Virus record (IMG/VR): IMGVR_UViG_3300033075_001021
Source: a virus
Taxonomy: Duplodnaviria; Caudoviricetes
Strand: one strand, 5' to 3'
DNA length: 64,000 bases
In this document: piece after piece, positions 59,470 through 64,000 of the stretch
Layout of the letters: the number at the start of each line of letters is the position of its first letter
How positions within the stretch are numbered: the first letter of the stretch is position 1
Notes under the pieces: generated by a model
What the model saw: only the letters and a program-made list of their open reading frames with translations
What the model was told of the DNA's origin: nothing
The model's database searches: none
Translations under genes and position numbers: made by a program

Positions 59470-60375
59470 TTAGTTTAAATTTTCAGCTTCAAGCTCAATC
59501 CTTGTCGTAATATCCGACAACTGAGCATAACGTTCAACAATATATGGGATAATGTCTAATCCCTCAGAAAAACGTATAATGTATTCATACACACCAATGA
59601 TTGTACCAGCTGTGATAACACCCGTTGTCGTAGATAAAACAATCAATGATGCCAATATCATAATCAATGACAAAACCTCCATGGAACCAAAACTATACGC
59701 ATCTTGATTTGACTTCTTAATGTCCAAATTACGTAGAGCGTTGTAATGATTCTCAATTGCCTCAGAATTCCCGCTAGATATAATATCAACTTGCTTCTCA
59801 AATTCATTATTATATCCAGTAGTCAATTTCATGATACGTTTACCAAAAAATCGACTAACAATAATTACAGGTAACAAAATGAATAAACAAATACATGTGA
59901 CATACCAACTATAAAAGAATAACATCACAACCGCCCCAATCACCGTAAACAACCCATACATCACATTGGCTAAATCATATTCTAGAAAATTTACAAATTC
60001 CTTGGCCAATACCGAATGAGCATTTAACTTTGATACATCTTTTTGCTGAATATCTTTAACTGATAAAAACTTGGTCACCAAATCCGTATAGATTTTAGTG
60101 TAAACCTTGGTGTCAAGCATTCGCCTAAACATGCTCACAAAAATCCTCACAAAATAAAATGAACAGAAAACAATAAATCCATAATAAGATTTATTAATCA
60201 AATCATCAACAGCATTACCCAATAAGTAGGGCGACAATAAATGGGATAGTATTTCAAGAGCAAATAAAAAATATGTGACAATAATGCCAACCTTATTTTT
60301 TAAGAATAGCTTACTTAAAAGACTAAATTTTTTATACCTGCTCATATTATTCATCAAGTCTAAAGCTCTCGTCAT
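59470..60375 (-). CDS. ABC-exporter-type transmembrane domain with no NBD
   Basis: About 6 TM helices, PYLLG.AVD, TAG. Confidence 0.7.
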   Translation of the reverse strand: MTRALDLMNNMSRYKKFSLLSKLFLKNKVGIIVTYFLFALEILSHLLSPYLLGNAVDDLINKSYYGFIVFCSFYFVRIFVSMFRRMLDTKVYTKIYTDLVTKFLSVKDIQQKDVSKLNAHSVLAKEFVNFLEYDLANVMYGLFTVIGAVVMLFFYSWYVTCICLFILLPVIIVSRFFGKRIMKLTTGYNNEFEKQVDIISSGNSEAIENHYNALRNLDIKKSNQDAYSFGSMEVLSLIMILASLIVLSTTTGVITAGTIIGVYEYIIRFSEGLDIIPYIVERYAQLSDITTRIELEAENLN

Positions 60376-60712
60376 TAATCATTTCACAAATAACCTTCTC
60401 AAGCTCCAGTTTAACTGGATAATCCATCTTTGTCACCAAAGATAAACTCCTTAACCGATATAGACTTATCATCGGCTCGTCAGTCGGTTTAGTCTTTTTC
60501 GGCTTTTGCTTAATCTCTTTAGGGGCCTCTTCAACAACAACTCCAGCCAATTGCTTGTATAATTCCTCAATACCAATTGACAAAATACCAGACTTCATCC
60601 CCTTTAATTTAAAGGTTATTTGCTGGTCAGCTGTGAGCGTTACTTGAACTTCTCGACCATCCACTTTTACTGTGGATTCACGTGTAATGTCTTTGTCTAA
60701 AATTGTTGCCAT
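60347..60712 (-). CDS. Hypothetical protein
   Basis: 121 aa. Confidence 0.65.
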   Translation of the reverse strand: MATILDKDITRESTVKVDGREVQVTLTADQQITFKLKGMKSGILSIGIEELYKQLAGVVVEEAPKEIKQKPKKTKPTDEPMISLYRLRSLSLVTKMDYPVKLELEKVICEMINDESFRLDE

Positions 60713-60715
60713 AAT

Positions 60716-61009
60716 TTATCGTAATTCAAATGTTATTTCGTTATCAATAAAACTTTTATCCAAATATATCGGAACCATCCAAGGTTTACCTTGATATATT
60801 TCCTTTCGCTCAGTCTTTAACGGAACACCGCCAACCGTACCTATCGACAACCCCCAGAATAAATTCTCATGCAATTCTTGAGGTAACGATTCCTTAAGTA
60901 ATATCTCACCTAGTCTGTGAAGCCCACCACTTTTAATGGCGGCTTCACGATGCTCAGGTGTTATCTTAATGGTTATCGGAAACAACTGTCGTATTTCCTT
61001 TGTAGTCAT
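60716..61009 (-). CDS. Hypothetical protein
   Basis: 97 aa. Confidence 0.6.
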   Translation of the reverse strand: MTTKEIRQLFPITIKITPEHREAAIKSGGLHRLGEILLKESLPQELHENLFWGLSIGTVGGVPLKTERKEIYQGKPWMVPIYLDKSFIDNEITFELR

Positions 61010-61026
61010 AACCTTAAAATTAAAAA

Positions 61027-61938
61027 TTAAAAATCAATGTTTCCTTGGTTCACGTTGAATGCAAAGATACCTAAATTATTCCACATTTCCAAAACTTGTA
61101 AACGGTCATCATAAACACATAACACATTGTACTTGTCTTGAAGATGCGTTTCATAGATTTCTCGCTTCACTACGGTATCTTTCCTTTGGTCATCCTTCGG
61201 GCGCATATACAATTCATCAAAATGAATATCATGAAACCTCAACCACTCTTGTGTCTCTTCTCTACATACCTCATCACGACCACTTACAAGAATTATCTTA
61301 CGCCCCAGATTCTTATGAAACTTTACTTGCTCAGCCACAATATTATTCACATCATCAACATAAACCCTTTTCCAATCAAATGGCCCACGCTTACCCATAA
61401 GAGCTAAAGTACCGTCAATATCAAATACCACGGCATCTTCTAATTCCGAATTGAAATCGGGAACCACCGCTGGACGCTGTTCAATCTTCTTCACAGGCTG
61501 AAAATCAAACGAATCAATGAGAACTTTATAACTCTCGTACATCTTCCTTATCACACCTTCACCAACCTTTGCCTCCCTTGAATTATCACGCTCGATAGCC
61601 TTATTCAAAGAAACGTCAAATACTTGATAGTCAATATCTGCTTGGTATTTAAACCGTTCAACAATCTCATCAATATACTTGCGCTTAAGATTGGTATTAT
61701 CTACAATGACATTCAATCTCTTCATAAGTGCCGATTCAATAACCTTAAAGGTCAACGACGTAATCATATCCTCAATCTTATTCTCACACATAGCAGCGTC
61801 CTTTAACATGCTCCTGAAGTCATCACGGTTAACCCTGACATAGTTTGCATGTTTACGTACATACTCCTTCGCCCATGTGGATTTACCACTGGCTGGAATA
61901 CCAATCAATATCAATATTTTTAAATTATCCTTTTTCAT
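61027..61938 (-). CDS. pseT: Polynucleotide 5'-kinase/3'-phosphatase
   Basis: GIPASGKST, NRDDFR, DNTN; DIDGTLA, SGR, YDDR. Confidence 0.92.
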   Translation of the reverse strand: MKKDNLKILILIGIPASGKSTWAKEYVRKHANYVRVNRDDFRSMLKDAAMCENKIEDMITSLTFKVIESALMKRLNVIVDNTNLKRKYIDEIVERFKYQADIDYQVFDVSLNKAIERDNSREAKVGEGVIRKMYESYKVLIDSFDFQPVKKIEQRPAVVPDFNSELEDAVVFDIDGTLALMGKRGPFDWKRVYVDDVNNIVAEQVKFHKNLGRKIILVSGRDEVCREETQEWLRFHDIHFDELYMRPKDDQRKDTVVKREIYETHLQDKYNVLCVYDDRLQVLEMWNNLGIFAFNVNQGNIDF

Positions 61939-62097
61939 TATTCAAAATTTCAAATCGGTCTTTAAAATCTTTCTCAGTAAACCAATTATCACAATTAACA
62001 CCCTTTTCGGTTAGTTTTGTTTGTGTAACCAAATAGGAATTTGTTGTTTTATTGATAACTGTTTCTATCTTACCCGTTTTTTTATCCTTGACTTTCA

Positions 62098-62412
62098 TTA
62101 CTTTAAGTTTTGTGAATCAATATATGCTTTAGACTTTGAACTGCCAATCTTAGCGTATAAATCATTCGGATGAAAACCAACAACAGCATGACCAGTCCTA
62201 TGATATTCCTCACACATCAAATGATGCGTTTCACATACTGTGATACCATTGCTTATTGCATAACCACCATTCGGCATGTCATGTCGGTCTGTGATATGAT
62301 GAACATCTAAATCAGTATCCTCCACACAAAATACACACTTGTGACCATCACGCTCCAAACATTTTTCGTTGAATTCTTTACGCCAACGCTTATGGTCTTG
62401 TTTCGCACTCAT
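62098..62412 (-). CDS. Small HNH protein
   Basis: RDGHKCVFC..VHHI..NGITVC..HH. Confidence 0.75.
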   Translation of the reverse strand: MSAKQDHKRWRKEFNEKCLERDGHKCVFCVEDTDLDVHHITDRHDMPNGGYAISNGITVCETHHLMCEEYHRTGHAVVGFHPNDLYAKIGSSKSKAYIDSQNLK

Positions 62413-62807
62413 TATAAAAGTTTTAAATGCCCCGTAATCTTATCAATTTCATCACTCCATGCTGGACCAATAGCACAACAAGTCTTGGTTGGAACACCAT
62501 TGAATTCGGTTGCACCAGCATCAACAATTAATGCCGATGTTAACTTTGCAGCCTTAGCCTTGTTAAAAATCTCCAACAACTCAGCCTCTGAATCAACACT
62601 CACACAAACCTTGGTGAACCTACCCTCAATCCAATCCTCCATAGCACTGTTGTCATCAAGCTTTAATACCATGGAATTTTCTTTTGGCATAAACTTCATG
62701 CTATCCAATACAGCTTTCATAGATGCATGGGCACCTTGGGCAACCATCTTACCCTTGCGCATGTTGAGGTCTTTCCTCATTACAATAACTTGTTTACTGG
62801 TTCTCAT
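62412..62807 (-). CDS. pth2: Peptidyl-tRNA hydrolase, Pth2 type
   Basis: KQVIVMRKDLNMRKGKMVAQGAHAS; DAGATE; IGP; IDKITGHLKLL. Confidence 0.92.
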   Translation of the reverse strand: MRTSKQVIVMRKDLNMRKGKMVAQGAHASMKAVLDSMKFMPKENSMVLKLDDNSAMEDWIEGRFTKVCVSVDSEAELLEIFNKAKAAKLTSALIVDAGATEFNGVPTKTCCAIGPAWSDEIDKITGHLKLL

Positions 62808-63012
62808 CGATTTCAAATGTTTTGATTCTTATTAATTTACCACAGTCATCACACACTTCAGCTGGCTCAATATAACCTATACGCCAAGACCAATTGGTAT
62901 CTATGATATGCTCATGTGGACATATTTCTCTAAGCTGTTTAAGCCCCTCTTCAGCTAATTCAATTTGAGTAAATAATTTATCACGCCTTTGTTTTATCTC
63001 TTCACTTGTCAT
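62794..63012 (-). CDS. Small zinc-finger hypothetical protein
   Basis: CPH...CDDCG. Confidence 0.55.
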   Translation of the reverse strand: MTSEEIKQRRDKLFTQIELAEEGLKQLREICPHEHIIDTNWSWRIGYIEPAEVCDDCGKLIRIKTFEIDENQ

Positions 63013-63023
63013 AATAGTAAACT

Positions 63024-63257
63024 TTAAAACCAAATTTTAATGCCTAATCCCCACATAAACGCTTTCTTTACATCATGTGGATAATAAATGTGTTTACCGT
63101 CTTCAACCATTACCGTAATTCCAAACAAAGCATCGTTAAATGCATCCATATTCAAATTAAGTTCTGGAACACTCTCAACCAGCTCCTTTATCTCATCACT
63201 GGTAAACCCATATTTGCTTTTATGTGAAAAGTTATCCACGATTTCATCAATTTTCAT
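63024..63257 (-). CDS. Hypothetical protein
   Basis: ATGA overlap with the ligase stop. Confidence 0.55.
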   Translation of the reverse strand: MKIDEIVDNFSHKSKYGFTSDEIKELVESVPELNLNMDAFNDALFGITVMVEDGKHIYYPHDVKKAFMWGLGIKIWF

Positions 63258-63892
63258 TTTGTCTTTAATTTGTTTGGTATTATAGCACTGAACATCCAAT
63301 GCTGGTCTGTTTGAACATGCTTTGGCCGTACCCATTTACCAACATTGGTCGAGAAATCATCAAAGTGAAACGAATCGACATTCCTAATGACATACCCCTC
63401 TTTTACATTTATGTCAAAAGATGTTGCCAAATTCTTCAAATACACTTCATCAAACTCCATGATGTCAATCACAGGAACTGTCCTCAAACCTAACATATCA
63501 CAAATATCTACCGTGTCTTCCCATGATAAACACTCATTCTTCTCATTCCAAACACTAAACACCATGAAATATGTCTCCAAATCCTCATAAAACAACGAAT
63601 GCTTGGCATATAAATTTTCACCACATATCCTCCAACCTTCAGGGATATCATTCCTAATCGACCCCCATAAACCTTTAACCCAATTCCTTGAATCATGATG
63701 CTTTGAATCAATAGAACGTGCATGTATCCTATCTGGATACATATTTGTATTCTCGCCATCCATCTTCTCAGTTATCACAATACGCTTACCAATAAAATGC
63801 TCCACATTAGGCATAAACTTGTCATCACTGGTCGAACCTAACGACCACGGTAAGTGATATGTCCTCGGATATTTGAAATATATCTGTTCCAT
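63254..63892 (-). CDS. ATP-dependent RNA ligase family protein
   Basis: KYPRTYHLPWS, TEKMDGEN, GEN, EGYVIR, KWVR. Confidence 0.85.
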   Translation of the reverse strand: MEQIYFKYPRTYHLPWSLGSTSDDKFMPNVEHFIGKRIVITEKMDGENTNMYPDRIHARSIDSKHHDSRNWVKGLWGSIRNDIPEGWRICGENLYAKHSLFYEDLETYFMVFSVWNEKNECLSWEDTVDICDMLGLRTVPVIDIMEFDEVYLKNLATSFDINVKEGYVIRNVDSFHFDDFSTNVGKWVRPKHVQTDQHWMFSAIIPNKLKTK

Positions 63893-64000
63893 AATACAAG
63901 TTTTTAAATGGGAGGGGGCTGGGGGTGGGCATTCGGGGCCGTCTGGCCATCACTTTCCCACACAAAACACCCTATAAAACACAAATATACGAACTTTATA

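Noticed and set aside
1-64000. Stop-codon reassignment, tRNA/rRNA genes, CRISPR arrays, inteins in terminase or Clp
   Set aside because: Core genes are intact in the standard code and use all three stops; no cloverleaf, repeat-spacer array or intein motifs were seen by eye

Overview
AT-rich segment of a large T4-like (myovirus-type jumbo) phage genome. A Bacteroidota host is suggested by TAnnTTTG-type promoter elements and no obvious Shine-Dalgarno motifs; this is inference. Left part (+ strand): glycosyltransferase and NDP-sugar cluster, phoH, a gp55-like sigma factor and baseplate/virion genes. Middle part (- strand): head module (gp23 major capsid, scaffold, gp21 protease, gp20 portal, gp17 terminase) and probable head-internal proteins. 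Right part: split thyA, ClpC-like ATPase, ABC-ATPase/GNAT, RNase H-like and LRR proteins, thioredoxin, and an RNA repair group (PNK/phosphatase, Pth2, RNA ligase). The main unexplained pattern is that five free-standing homing-endonuclease genes (GIY-YIG, HNH and EDxHD/Vsr-like), plus one unknown ORF, each sit between a host gene and a diverged, orphaned second copy of that gene's terminus. The elements appear to insert inside a coding sequence and supply a recoded replacement end, with no intron or intein. Other observations: thyA is split into two ORFs by a MobE-like HNH gene, and the new termini together rebuild a duplicate of its helical insertion; two probable -1 frameshifts occur at A9/T9 runs; a TATTTAT promoter motif recurs upstream of many genes; and a 14-bp inverted repeat brackets a whole transcription unit. 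All calls are by eye, with no database searches.
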